From positions 1 through 29,595 of the forward strand of contig JBNPEG010000164.1 in NCBI GenBank assembly GCA_051117555.1: a stretch of DNA of 29,595 nucleotides. Direction: 5' to 3'. The DNA comes from Elainellaceae cyanobacterium (GTDB lineage: Bacteria; Cyanobacteriota; Cyanobacteriia; CAZCXK01). The translations under genes and the position numbers were made by a program. The notes under the pieces are model-generated. The model was not told the DNA's origin and ran no database searches. It saw nothing but the letters and a program-made list of their open reading frames with translations. How positions within the stretch are numbered: position 1 is the first letter of the stretch; each line of letters starts with the position of its first letter. Positions 1 to 8,854 of this stretch are shown here, piece after piece.

Positions 1-54
1 CATCCTGTCCAACAGTTGGTAAATTAGCTCTTGGGCGTGGGCAAGGATCTTCAT
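1..54 (-). CDS. Transposase N-terminus (partial, runs off the window)
   Basis: ATG at 54 gives MKILAHAQELIYQLLDRM, similar to the ILAHAQxLVYxLLxLMP N-terminus I recall for cyanobacterial IS transposases. Only 18 codons are visible. Confidence 0.7.
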   Translation of the reverse strand, partial: MKILAHAQELIYQLLDRM

Positions 55-121
55 GAGACTTGCAATTTATTGGTTCCACGCCCTTTTTTCTCATTCCTGC
101 TGCCTAGGTGCAAGATATGAG
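1..121 (-). mobile_element. Left end of an insertion sequence (DDE transposase, IS701/IS4-like); the rest lies outside the window
   Basis: The minus strand reads CTCATATCTTGCACCT (121-106), resembling the terminal repeat I recall for a common cyanobacterial IS, followed by an ORF start at 54. It interrupts an ORF at the 122/121 junction. Confidence 0.7.
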
Positions 122-160
122 TAGAGAAATTTCTATCCTTGGCAGTAACACCGCTTTCAT
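104..160 (-). pseudogene. 5' fragment of a probable alanine/ornithine racemase-family PLP enzyme, disrupted by the IS
   Basis: ATG160 (or GTG151) gives MKAVLLPRIEISL, then reads into the IS end and stops at TAG 106-104. PR(L/I)EIxL is the typical start of racemase-like genes found beside DUF1611 genes. It begins 25 nt downstream of the DUF1611 stop. Confidence 0.55.
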
Positions 161-185
161 TTATATGTGTCCAAGCGTTTTGGGT

Positions 186-1307
186 CTACCTCAGTGCCAA
201 TAGAGGCATTTTCTCTAGGCGCTTCCGGGTGATTTTTTGATTCAGATTTGGAAAGCGATCGCCCAAAGCTTGAACAAGCTTTTGACACCCAGAGTTCAAT
301 ATATCTGTTGTTGGTAAGCGAAAACGACCTTCATAGTCTTCGATGATTTTCAGAACTTCATCGCTTGTTAGGTTTTCGTGATTTAGCGCGATCGCAATCA
401 CCTGAGATTGAGAAATGGCTTCAATCAGTTGAATTTCCCTCTCAACAGTCGGCATCACTAAATCAGGAAAATCACAACGATATTTTCGGGCAGGTGGATG
501 TTGTAAAATCACTCCATCAGGCACACTTCCCTTCAAAATAGCAATAGAACTCATAAAGGCAGGATGGCTGACTGCGCTTTGTCCTTCAACTAAAATGATG
601 TCAGGATTTTCGTGTTCGAAAGCCTGAACAACGGCATTTTCTAATTCACCGATCGCAAATTGGGAAACAAGGGCATCCATAGAAGCGCCATACTTTGCCC
701 CTTGCATCAAGCTCGTTTGTCCTGTTGCGACCATGACCGATTTCAACCCTAAATTATTTAAGGCTTTGTTGAGTTCCACTGCGGTAGTCATTTTCCCACA
801 GGCACAATCGGTGCCCAATATGGCGATCACCGGAACATTTACTTTAGATATTTGACCAGTAAAGACATGGGAATCTTTTAATTCTGGAGGCTTTCTGATG
901 TCTTTAATTTGAATATTGTGCTTGGCAGCCATACGGGCAAATTCTTGATCTTCAGAAAAGAATTGATGAAGACCGTTAATGATATCCATTCCTTTTGCCA
1001 TCGCTTCCAGGATCAGACATCTTTCTTCTGTAGATATGTAGGTGTCTAAAGGCGCTTTTCCATAGATATAACAGTCTGGAACCTTTAGAAGGTTACTCAA
1101 AGATTCATCTAGGGTAGCAAAAATGGGAATATTACTTTTCTTATCTCCCAGTACTTCTCCTGCATCTTTACCGGCTAATGAACTATCAATAACTCCAACA
1201 ATTGTATAGATTTCAGAGTGTCTAACCAGTCCTGCGGCTGTTTTCCCGTCTGCTGAGCCAAATTCTTTCTCGCAGTAAACCAGTGCCGTCTTTTTAACGA
1301 TTACCAT
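186..1307 (-). CDS. DUF1611 family protein (DgcN-like P-loop protein)
   Basis: 373 aa with GKTAAGLVRH, NGLH, GTDCACGKMTT (P-loop), ATGQT and VEGQS motifs. Visibly more AT-rich than neighbouring genes. Confidence 0.9.
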   Translation of the reverse strand: MVIVKKTALVYCEKEFGSADGKTAAGLVRHSEIYTIVGVIDSSLAGKDAGEVLGDKKSNIPIFATLDESLSNLLKVPDCYIYGKAPLDTYISTEERCLILEAMAKGMDIINGLHQFFSEDQEFARMAAKHNIQIKDIRKPPELKDSHVFTGQISKVNVPVIAILGTDCACGKMTTAVELNKALNNLGLKSVMVATGQTSLMQGAKYGASMDALVSQFAIGELENAVVQAFEHENPDIILVEGQSAVSHPAFMSSIAILKGSVPDGVILQHPPARKYRCDFPDLVMPTVEREIQLIEAISQSQVIAIALNHENLTSDEVLKIIEDYEGRFRLPTTDILNSGCQKLVQALGDRFPNLNQKITRKRLEKMPLLALR

Positions 1308-1328
1308 TCAGTTAATTTCCTTCAGTTT

Positions 1329-1396
1329 ATATAGCGATCCTAAATCGCTTGTGAATTGTGTGAGCGGTGATCACTCACACCCCGGGATTGCTATAT
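1329..1396. repeat. Miniature inverted-repeat element with ATAGC...GCTAT ends and an internal hairpin
   Basis: ATATAGCGATCC (1329-1340) pairs with GGATTGCTATAT (1385-1396). Inner GTGTGAG/CTCACAC stem. Confidence 0.65.
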
Positions 1397-1669
1397 CTCG
1401 AAATCCCAAGAAACATAAAAAGCTTATTGGAAACTGTCAAGTTTCTCTAAAATCTCAGACTCCTTTACAGGCAGAAGGCGCGCTCTGAGCTGCATCTAAT
1501 TTGAAGCCTATGATTTTAAACTCGATGATTTACTTGTTTCCATTAATAAAGATATGCAGCGAAAGCTGCGCGATCTAGTAAATTCTTTAAAAGACTAAGT
1601 TGTGTAGGTTCTGTAGCGAAAATCTCAAGTCCTAATCGAGTTTTGATTTAAACTTAGTCCGCCTCAACT

Positions 1670-1683
1670 GTAACATACATTAC
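1670..1683. promoter_or_regulatory. Candidate NtcA box (GTA-N8-TAC)
   Basis: GTAACATACATTAC is an exact consensus match in a divergent intergenic region. No canonically spaced TAN3T -10 element was found on either strand. Confidence 0.3.
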
Positions 1684-2149
1684 TATTCTGCGTTGAGTCG
1701 TCTAATCGTTGCATGGATGAGTGACTCCATAATGGCGAGTCGAGGGTCGTCGCACATCTGTGGCGCTTGGTGTTTTGGTGAATTTTTAGACGGTGTGCTG
1801 GGCGATCGCTCACATATTCTTCATATTTGAGCACATCATGAAAAATTTTTAGAAACATTAGAATATACAGTTCGAGCCCAGCAGCATCAATCGAGTACAC
1901 TGATGACCGGACGGTCATTGCTCTGTATGGGATCATGGAGAATGAATAGCAGAGGCGATCGCTCTGGGTTATTCAGAAACCTAGCGGCTATCCTGTCAGT
2001 CTCAGACTATAAGTGTTTCACATTATCCTGCTCATGGAGCATTCTCTATCGTGCAAGCCTTTTACATATCAGTCTGTCTCTCTCCCAGACTAGACCAGTT
2101 TTAGCCCTTTTTTCCCGTTTCAGCATTATAGATATCAAGGATTTCACTC

Positions 2150-3172
2150 ATGACAACTATTCTTGTAACAGGTGCCGCAGGTTTTATTGGCTTTCACGTC
2201 AGCCAGACCTTGCTGAATCGGGGAAAATCGGTGATTGGCATTGATAATCTAAACGCTTATTACGATGTCGAGCTTAAGCAGGCTAGAGTTTCACTGCTTC
2301 GCAAGCATGCCAATTTTCAGTTTCAAACACTTGACCTTGCAGATCGCGCGGGTATGCGAGAGATGTTTGCAACCCATCAGCCAGACTATGTCATTCATCT
2401 GGCGGCTCAAGCAGGCGTTCGCTATTCTCTCGAAAATCCAGATGCGTACATCGACAGCAATCTGGTTGGCTTCTCAACCATTCTCGAAGGCTGCCGTCAC
2501 CAACCTGTGAAGCACCTTATTTTTGCGTCATCCAGTTCGGTGTATGGCGCCAATCGAGTCATGCCTTTCTCAGAAGACCATAACGTCGACCATCCATTGA
2601 GTCTATATGCTGCCACGAAAAAAGCCAACGAATTGATGGCGCATACCTACAGCCATCTATATGGCATTCCGACCACCGGATTGCGGTTTTTCACCGTGTA
2701 TGGTCCGTGGGGCCGACCTGACATGGCGACTTTCAAATTTACCAACGCCATTTTAGAAGGGCGACCGATTGACGTCTTTAACTATGGCAAGATGCGCCGC
2801 GACTTCACCTACGTTGACGATATTACAGAGGGCATCATTCGCCTGCTCGACCATATTCCTCAAGCAGTAGAATCCACTGCTCTAACGCCTAGCAGTAGTC
2901 ACGCTCCCTATCGTATCTACAACATCGGCAATAATCAGCCCATCGAGCTGTTGCGCTTCATTGAGGTGCTTGAAGACTGTTTGGGCATCAAGGCTGAGAA
3001 AAATCTATTACCGCTGCAACCTGGCGATGTGCTAGAAACTTATGCGGATATTGATAATCTCTATGACGCGGTTGGGTTTCAGCCTAAAACGTCCATTGAA
3101 GACGGTCTGCGCAAATTTGTAGATTGGTACTGCGAGTATTACAAGGTTGAGTCGGTGTCTCTTTCCGCATAA
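2150..3172 (+). CDS. NAD-dependent epimerase, UDP-glucuronate 4-epimerase type (extended SDR)
   Basis: TGAAGFIG Rossmann motif, [24 protein letters not shown] (YxxxK), [11 protein letters not shown]. Confidence 0.93.
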   Translation: MTTILVTGAAGFIGFHVSQTLLNRGKSVIGIDNLNAYYDVELKQARVSLLRKHANFQFQTLDLADRAGMREMFATHQPDYVIHLAAQAGVRYSLENPDAYIDSNLVGFSTILEGCRHQPVKHLIFASSSSVYGANRVMPFSEDHNVDHPLSLYAATKKANELMAHTYSHLYGIPTTGLRFFTVYGPWGRPDMATFKFTNAILEGRPIDVFNYGKMRRDFTYVDDITEGIIRLLDHIPQAVESTALTPSSSHAPYRIYNIGNNQPIELLRFIEVLEDCLGIKAEKNLLPLQPGDVLETYADIDNLYDAVGFQPKTSIEDGLRKFVDWYCEYYKVESVSLSA

Positions 3173-3214
3173 TGGGGCTATGCAGCAGAAGCAGACTCAT
3201 CCGATCCATCAGAG

Positions 3215-4060
3215 TCAGTCAGAATTGGTAAGCTGGCGAATTTTGTTGCGAGTGAACTGGAGAAGCTCTTGCGCGTCGGGGTGGGCTGTTGTGCCAGATT
3301 GAACCCTGTTAAGGTCATTGGCGATCGCCTGAAGCCGGCTTAATGTTTGATTGGGGGTGAGCTGATCGGCATTGCTCTGCAACCATTCAATCTTCCGCTG
3401 AGCGTGCTGTAATGTGTCTACCGAACTGGCTTCATGGTGTTTTCTGATGCGGATTTGTTCTATGTTGTCTCGATACTCGGCAAGCTGCTGTTGAGCGTCG
3501 GGGTAGGCGTCTGACTGCGGAGAAACCTCCTCTAAACGGGCGATCGCGTCACTCCAAAGGGCTTCAACTCGTTGCCATTGCTCAACAGAATGGGGAGGAT
3601 TTTGCCCTGCGCTTGCAGCTTTCCATGCAAATGCTTGCGCCGCTGCAATCATCGAGTTCGTCTGCTCATGATTGGCTGCTCCCCCAACTACATCTTGGAA
3701 ATTTCGCTGATACGCTACGAGTTTTTGCTGTGCGGTTCGCCCTGCAAGGGTTTGTTCGGGAATTTGGTCAAGCTGGTCGAGGGCGGTCTGCCACGCGAAA
3801 GCGGCAGAGTCTCGATCGGCAGGATTTGTCGCGTTCTGATACTGTTGCTGGCTCAAGGCGATCGCCTGGTCTGCCTGCATCAAACTGGTATGAGCATTTT
3901 TCTCTTGAAACACCTTGGCTTATAATTCCCCAACCTTGGCGCGAGCATTGTGAAAGTGAAGCACATTAAACCGCCAGCTATACCACTATATCTACACGCT
4001 AGGGTTCCCTGTTCCAGACGCGCAGTTGTCAAAAATCGGGATCATCAAGGTTTGATTGCT
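3215..4060 (-). pseudogene. Decayed cyanobacterial hypothetical gene (helical, Q/A-rich); only the 3' 232 codons (3215-3913) remain open
   Basis: The frame continues upstream of GTG3913 as WYSWRFNVLHFHNARAKVGEL*AKVFQEKNA, with an in-frame TAA at 3922-3920 and two more TAG stops further up. The 5' boundary is approximate. Confidence 0.6.
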
Positions 4061-4938
4061 CATCTTTACACGTATCCTGAGAGATTGAGCCCGCTTGATT
4101 TATAAGACTATTCGGGTGTCATTAGAAAGCCGAGTGTTCCTTAACGTTGCTCCTCAAATTGCACGTCGGTTGTTAGCATCTCCTGAGAAATCTCAACTTG
4201 TAGTGACAACCGTATCCAGGGAGACAGATTGGTATGGATAAAACTTCTATTTATCTATTTAACTAGCATCATCAGGAGTTAAATGAAGACGTTAAACCTT
4301 GCTCATTAAGAACGGCGTTACCGGTTAGAGAATCTAGATATGTCTGTATTGGTCGCAGAATTAGTTGCAGAAAAGGGTCTGGCGGATCAAACCGCTACTA
4401 AACAAGCAAAGTGCGCGGTTGCGGACTCCCACAGACTCCAGCAAAACTTTGGGGTTTTGGAATCTGCGCTGACGTTCCTATAGCGTATGCAAAGAATGTA
4501 CGTATGCAAAGGACATAAGCGTTCCGAAGGACTGACAGGTTTTATCCGTATAGCTTGCGTTTCGTGACCTGGTAATGCAAAGCGTCTCTGTCAAGAGAAC
4601 GTGAGTCGCTAAGGCAATCAAGAGCAAGGCCGACAATTTTTTTGTGGGGGTTATCGTCGCACAGCGGTTTCTTACCAAAATTGCTCGCATACGGAATACG
4701 GACTCAAATACGGACAAAGCTTGCCTGCGTAGTTCCATCCGCTCACATCCAAAGTTTGGTTAGTCAGCCAAGTTGGTTGGTTCTGCAACTATCCCTAAGA
4801 TGTATCAGAGTCTGCAGATATTTTGCGTTTGTTAAAGCTATCTAAATTCGACCGAGAAGTCAGAGTTGAACTGGTAGCCTGCTGATGAGTTGTGTGTCGT
4901 TTTAAGTTCATGAATGTTTACAGAGGGGAGCAGTTGAT

Positions 4939-6558
4939 ATGACAACTGAAGGTTCCAATAATGGGATGCCGTCGGATAACGGGCGATCGCCTGGAGATAA
5001 CAATTTAGTAAAGTGGGGATTTGATATTCACCCTGAGGTGTTTTTTACCTCTGGGGTTCTAATTTTGCTGTTTGTCATCATTACCCTTGCTTTCCAAGAG
5101 AGCGCATCAGCTACCTTTACTGCCATTCAAGGCTTTATCACGAATGTAGGCGGCTGGTTCATGATCTTGGCCGGCAACATTTTTTTGGGAGTAATGGTGA
5201 TCTTGGCGTTGAGCAGATTTGGCAAGATCCGCCTTGGTGGACAAAATGCTCGCCCCGAATTCCCGTTATTTGCGTGGCTAGCCATGCTGATTAGTGCCGG
5301 TATGGGCATTGGTCTGATGTTTTGGAGCGTTGGTGAGCCCATTTTTCACTACGCAGCTCCGCCCTTAGACGGGGTCGAACCGGGCACCGCGGCGGCTGCC
5401 CAGCAAGCGATGGGGATCACCTATTTCCACTGGGGGCTTCATGCCTGGGGAATTTATGCTCTAGTTGGGCTATCGCTTGCCTTTTTTGCGTTCAACCGAG
5501 GGTTGCCCCTGACCATGCGGTCTGCGTTTTATCCCATCCTGGGCAACCGCATTTATGGCTGGCCCGGCAATGTTGTTGACATTCTGTCTGTATGGGCAAC
5601 GCTGTTTGGTCTGGCAACCTCGTTAGGGTTTGGAGCTCAGCAAATTGGTGCAGGACTGAATTTTTTGACGGGGCTACCTGACAATGTATATATCCATGTT
5701 GTATTGATTGCTGTAATTACAGCCTGTGCCACCATGTCGGTTGTGTCAGGGCTTGACGCTGGCGTTCGCCGACTGAGTGAACTCAATATCTACCTCGCCG
5801 CTGTTTTCATGCTGTTTGTAATTGCGGTGGGCCCGACGCTGTTTATTCTGGGGTCATTCGTTGAGAGTTTGGGCTACTACGCCACGATTCTTCCACGATT
5901 AAGCTTTTGGACCGAAACCTTCTCTGGAACAAACTGGCAAGATGGTTGGACGGTGTTTTACTGGGGCTGGTGGATTTCCTGGTCACCATTCGTAGGTATC
6001 TTTATTGCTCGAATTTCTAGAGGTCGCACGGTTCGAGAGTTTGTCTTAGGGGTGTTGCTTCTGCCCTCGTTGCTCTCGTTCCTATGGATGTCAGCATTTG
6101 GAGGGTCAGCTCTATATCTTGAGCTAAACGGAATTGGCAATATTGCTGAAGCGGTGAATGAGAATGTCGCAACGGCATTGTTTGTAATGCTCGAAAACTT
6201 TCCGCTGACTGCGCTCAGCTCATTAATTGGAGTCCTTTTGGTTGCGACTTTCTTTATCACCTCCTCCGACTCGGGTTCACTCGTGGTTGATAATCTTACC
6301 TCGGGGGGTAAGATCGATTCCCCTGTGCCCCAACGAGTGTTTTGGGCCGTGATGGAAGGCGTCGTTGCAGCCGTTCTTCTCCTTGGTGGTGGGCTAAGCG
6401 CATTGCAATCTGCCGCCATTACCACAGGCTTACCGTTCGCAATCATATTGCTCATTATGTGCTATAGCCTTTATCAAGGATTAACTCGTGAATATGCCCG
6501 CATTGAAGGGGACGAGTTAAGAGCCCGCGAGGAAGCTAGAGAGCCTGTGTCGTATTAG
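4939..6558 (+). CDS. BCCT-family transporter, glycine-betaine type
   Basis: 539 aa polytopic membrane protein with SAGMGIGL, FHWGLHAWGIY, WTVFYWGWWISWSPFVGIFIARISRGRT and TSSDSG motifs. GGGGAG Shine-Dalgarno upstream. Confidence 0.95.
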   Translation: MTTEGSNNGMPSDNGRSPGDNNLVKWGFDIHPEVFFTSGVLILLFVIITLAFQESASATFTAIQGFITNVGGWFMILAGNIFLGVMVILALSRFGKIRLGGQNARPEFPLFAWLAMLISAGMGIGLMFWSVGEPIFHYAAPPLDGVEPGTAAAAQQAMGITYFHWGLHAWGIYALVGLSLAFFAFNRGLPLTMRSAFYPILGNRIYGWPGNVVDILSVWATLFGLATSLGFGAQQIGAGLNFLTGLPDNVYIHVVLIAVITACATMSVVSGLDAGVRRLSELNIYLAAVFMLFVIAVGPTLFILGSFVESLGYYATILPRLSFWTETFSGTNWQDGWTVFYWGWWISWSPFVGIFIARISRGRTVREFVLGVLLLPSLLSFLWMSAFGGSALYLELNGIGNIAEAVNENVATALFVMLENFPLTALSSLIGVLLVATFFITSSDSGSLVVDNLTSGGKIDSPVPQRVFWAVMEGVVAAVLLLGGGLSALQSAAITTGLPFAIILLIMCYSLYQGLTREYARIEGDELRAREEAREPVSY

Positions 6559-6621
6559 AGCTTGTTTATGTCTGATGGGCTCGTCCTGTTGACAGCATAG
6601 AAAACGCAGTCATCGCTGAAT

Positions 6622-6717
6622 TGTGATGTTGGCAGCTCCTCAGCTTCTAACCGGATCTCTGAATTTTGTTTGGAGAAACCCGATTGAGAGGCTGAGGATC
6701 TAAGCTGCCGGATCATA
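6622..6717. other. Long imperfect hairpin downstream of the BCCT gene
   Basis: GGCAGCT 6631-6637 pairs with AGCTGCC 6703-6709, TCCTCAGC pairs with GCTGAGGA, plus further inner stems. Confidence 0.55.
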
Positions 6718-6854
6718 GTATGTCTTGCGGTGGGGGACGAGGAAACACTGTCCCCTCCCTTCCGGATATATCGTCGTTTCGTGCTACCGCAAGCAGATTC
6801 CGTCTCAATGATTCTGAGAGTTGTTCCAAATTCGTATAAGATGTAACAGAACGT

Positions 6855-7664
6855 ATGACTCAGACCCTTGTCCCTGGAGACTCTTTAGATATGGCGCGGC
6901 AAGGCGGAAATTCGCCAAGAGTGCCCCTACATCTTGTGATTTCAGAAAAATTACGGGAGCAAATTGTAAACGGCGTTTATGAACCGGGGGAACAGCTTCC
7001 CAGTGAATTTGATTTGGGTGCTCGTTTTGGTGTAAGCCGAACTACGGTTAGACGGGCGATCGCCAATTTGATCAATCAAGGATTGGTGTCAACCCAGCAA
7101 GGCAAAGGGGTATTTGTTAAAGAAAAGGAAAAAATTAGTTTTTCATTATCCAATCCTTTGACCTTCTTTGATTTGGATTTAGTTCGTCAAGGAATTCTTG
7201 CCAATATTCAAACGATTAAATTTGAAGTATTCCAGCCTTCAAATGAGGTTCGCATGCGACTCGGTCTACCTCGTTCTGATTCGTTGGTTTGGCAGCAGCA
7301 AAAAATAATTTTGGGTAATCAGGCTCCCGTTGCCCTCGATATTGCTTATTTTCCCTTTGAAGTCGGCTCTCAGCTCAAGGACCAGCTTCGAGACGGATTT
7401 ACTTACGCCACACTTGATTCGAATGGGTTTCCCCTAAATCATGCCGATGTCATGCTAGAGGGCACCCACGCCACCTATGAAATTGGCACCTGCTTAGATG
7501 TCCCCTTAGGGGCTCCACTGCTGATCTATCGCTATGTTGCCTATACAACGGGCGATCGCCCCATTGTTTGTGGAGATACCTTATCCCCTGCGGATCGCAC
7601 CTGTTATTCGGTCAAACTCAAGCGTCACGATCTTCAACCCGCTTTAAATACCCGCTCTAAATAG
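6855..7664 (+). CDS. GntR family transcriptional regulator, HutC/UTRA subfamily
   Basis: N-terminal wHTH LPSEFDLGARFGVSRTTVRRAI...QGKGVFV and a C-terminal UTRA-like domain (LDVPLGAPLL). Confidence 0.93.
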   Translation: MTQTLVPGDSLDMARQGGNSPRVPLHLVISEKLREQIVNGVYEPGEQLPSEFDLGARFGVSRTTVRRAIANLINQGLVSTQQGKGVFVKEKEKISFSLSNPLTFFDLDLVRQGILANIQTIKFEVFQPSNEVRMRLGLPRSDSLVWQQQKIILGNQAPVALDIAYFPFEVGSQLKDQLRDGFTYATLDSNGFPLNHADVMLEGTHATYEIGTCLDVPLGAPLLIYRYVAYTTGDRPIVCGDTLSPADRTCYSVKLKRHDLQPALNTRSK

Positions 7665-7750
7665 TGAGTGAGAGATTAATAGGGGGGTGCGCTTACGTTA
7701 AGCCGGGTGTAGAGCGCGTCGCACCCTACACTACCCTCTGGGATTGCTAG
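7648..7750. repeat. Degenerate miniature element carrying a REP-like GTAG hairpin
   Basis: Palindrome GTGTAGAGCGCG-T-CGCACCCTACAC at 7707-7731. The right end GGGATTGCTA (7740-7749) is identical to that of the 1329-1396 element, and the left part CTAAAT...GTGA is similar. Confidence 0.5.
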
Positions 7751-7816
7751 AGATTAGTCGGACATAACTAGCAGCCAAACTTCAGCTTCTAGCTCTTACC
7801 TATTTGACTGGCCTCG

Positions 7817-8287
7817 TCAACTCAGGCGAGCCGTGCACTCTAAAATCAGCTTTTGATTGACCAGTGCATAGGGTTGAATCTCAAGAGCCTGACGAAAGGC
7901 GCGAATTGCAGCACGGTAGTTGCCCATCGCCGCATGACATAGCCCCATGCCGTGCAATGCGCCAAAATGAATCGAATTAAGTGCGACCACCTGCTGGCAA
8001 TCTGTGAGCGATCGCGCGTAGTTACCCTGAATATAATTGAGGACAGCCCGCCGATTCCAAGCTTCAGCAAAATCGGGCTGGTTCTCAATGATTTCTGTCA
8101 AGATGGCTTCGGCACCGCTATAGTCTCCGGCTTCTAACGCTAGTTGACTGCGCTTGAGGAGTTCTAACCCATAAATCCCCTTTTGCTGAAACCAAATTCT
8201 CCAGAGCTCTTGAGTCGCTTGTTCACGAATATGCTCATCAGGATTTTTAAGGTCTGCCAATAATTCTTTCACCAGAGATTCATCCAT
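7817..8287 (-). CDS. Tetratricopeptide repeat protein
   Basis: PDFAEAWNRRA, HFGALHGMGLC and AIRAFRQALEIQP TPR pattern. AGGAG Shine-Dalgarno 8 nt upstream. Confidence 0.9.
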   Translation of the reverse strand: MDESLVKELLADLKNPDEHIREQATQELWRIWFQQKGIYGLELLKRSQLALEAGDYSGAEAILTEIIENQPDFAEAWNRRAVLNYIQGNYARSLTDCQQVVALNSIHFGALHGMGLCHAAMGNYRAAIRAFRQALEIQPYALVNQKLILECTARLS

Positions 8288-8854
8288 GAATCATACTCCT
8301 GAGCCACCAACAGCCGAATTTGAATTATTTGGGGGGTCTTCACCTATTCTGAAGGCTTTTGGAAAACTCTGCCAGAGGACGGGATTATCGCAATTCGTCA
8401 TTGCATTAAGTCTATAGTGCTACGGACTCAGACTTGTGTGTATAACCTTTGATCCACGGTAGTTCTATACCCATTTGACGTCCCATTCTGAGAGCGCAAG
8501 GTTATAGAACTGGTGATAGGGACACGTTGCATCTCCATTTCTGGACGTGCCGCAATTGCAAATTGCGGTGTGGCAAACCAAGGGGGGAGTTTGTTAATAC
8601 AGAAATACTAGACGCAGGCGATGGGGTGTCTGCGGATAGCATAGTCAATCCCTAAACCTCGTCTCAATGGCTTAATATCACCCATCATCACCATATTTAA
8701 TGAAACTTGATTACTCTCGACACACCTTAACGTAACCGATATTGAAAGTGTCCTGAGATCATCTATACTGCACACGATTCATGGGCTATAGTCGCAGAAG
8801 CGTCTACCAATGCGGCTTTATAACCATCCGGAACCATCTACGGGAGCGCTAAGC

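Noticed and set aside
1664..2244. ORFs 1664-1936(-) and 1903-2244(+)
   Set aside because: No recognisable motifs, atypical composition, and they overlap each other and the epimerase start.
4478..4845. ORFs 4478-4738(-) and 4642-4845(+)
   Set aside because: Weak starts and no protein-like features; more likely promoter or leader DNA.
6755..6770. CCGGAAGG on the minus strand, resembling the SRP RNA tetraloop
   Set aside because: The flanking CAGG...AGCAG internal-loop residues of SRP RNA are absent.
8455..8640. Several small hairpins between the TPR and GTPase genes (e.g. GCCGCAATT-GCA-AATTGCGGT)
   Set aside because: No known RNA family recognised and no second copy seen; not enough to call an ncRNA.
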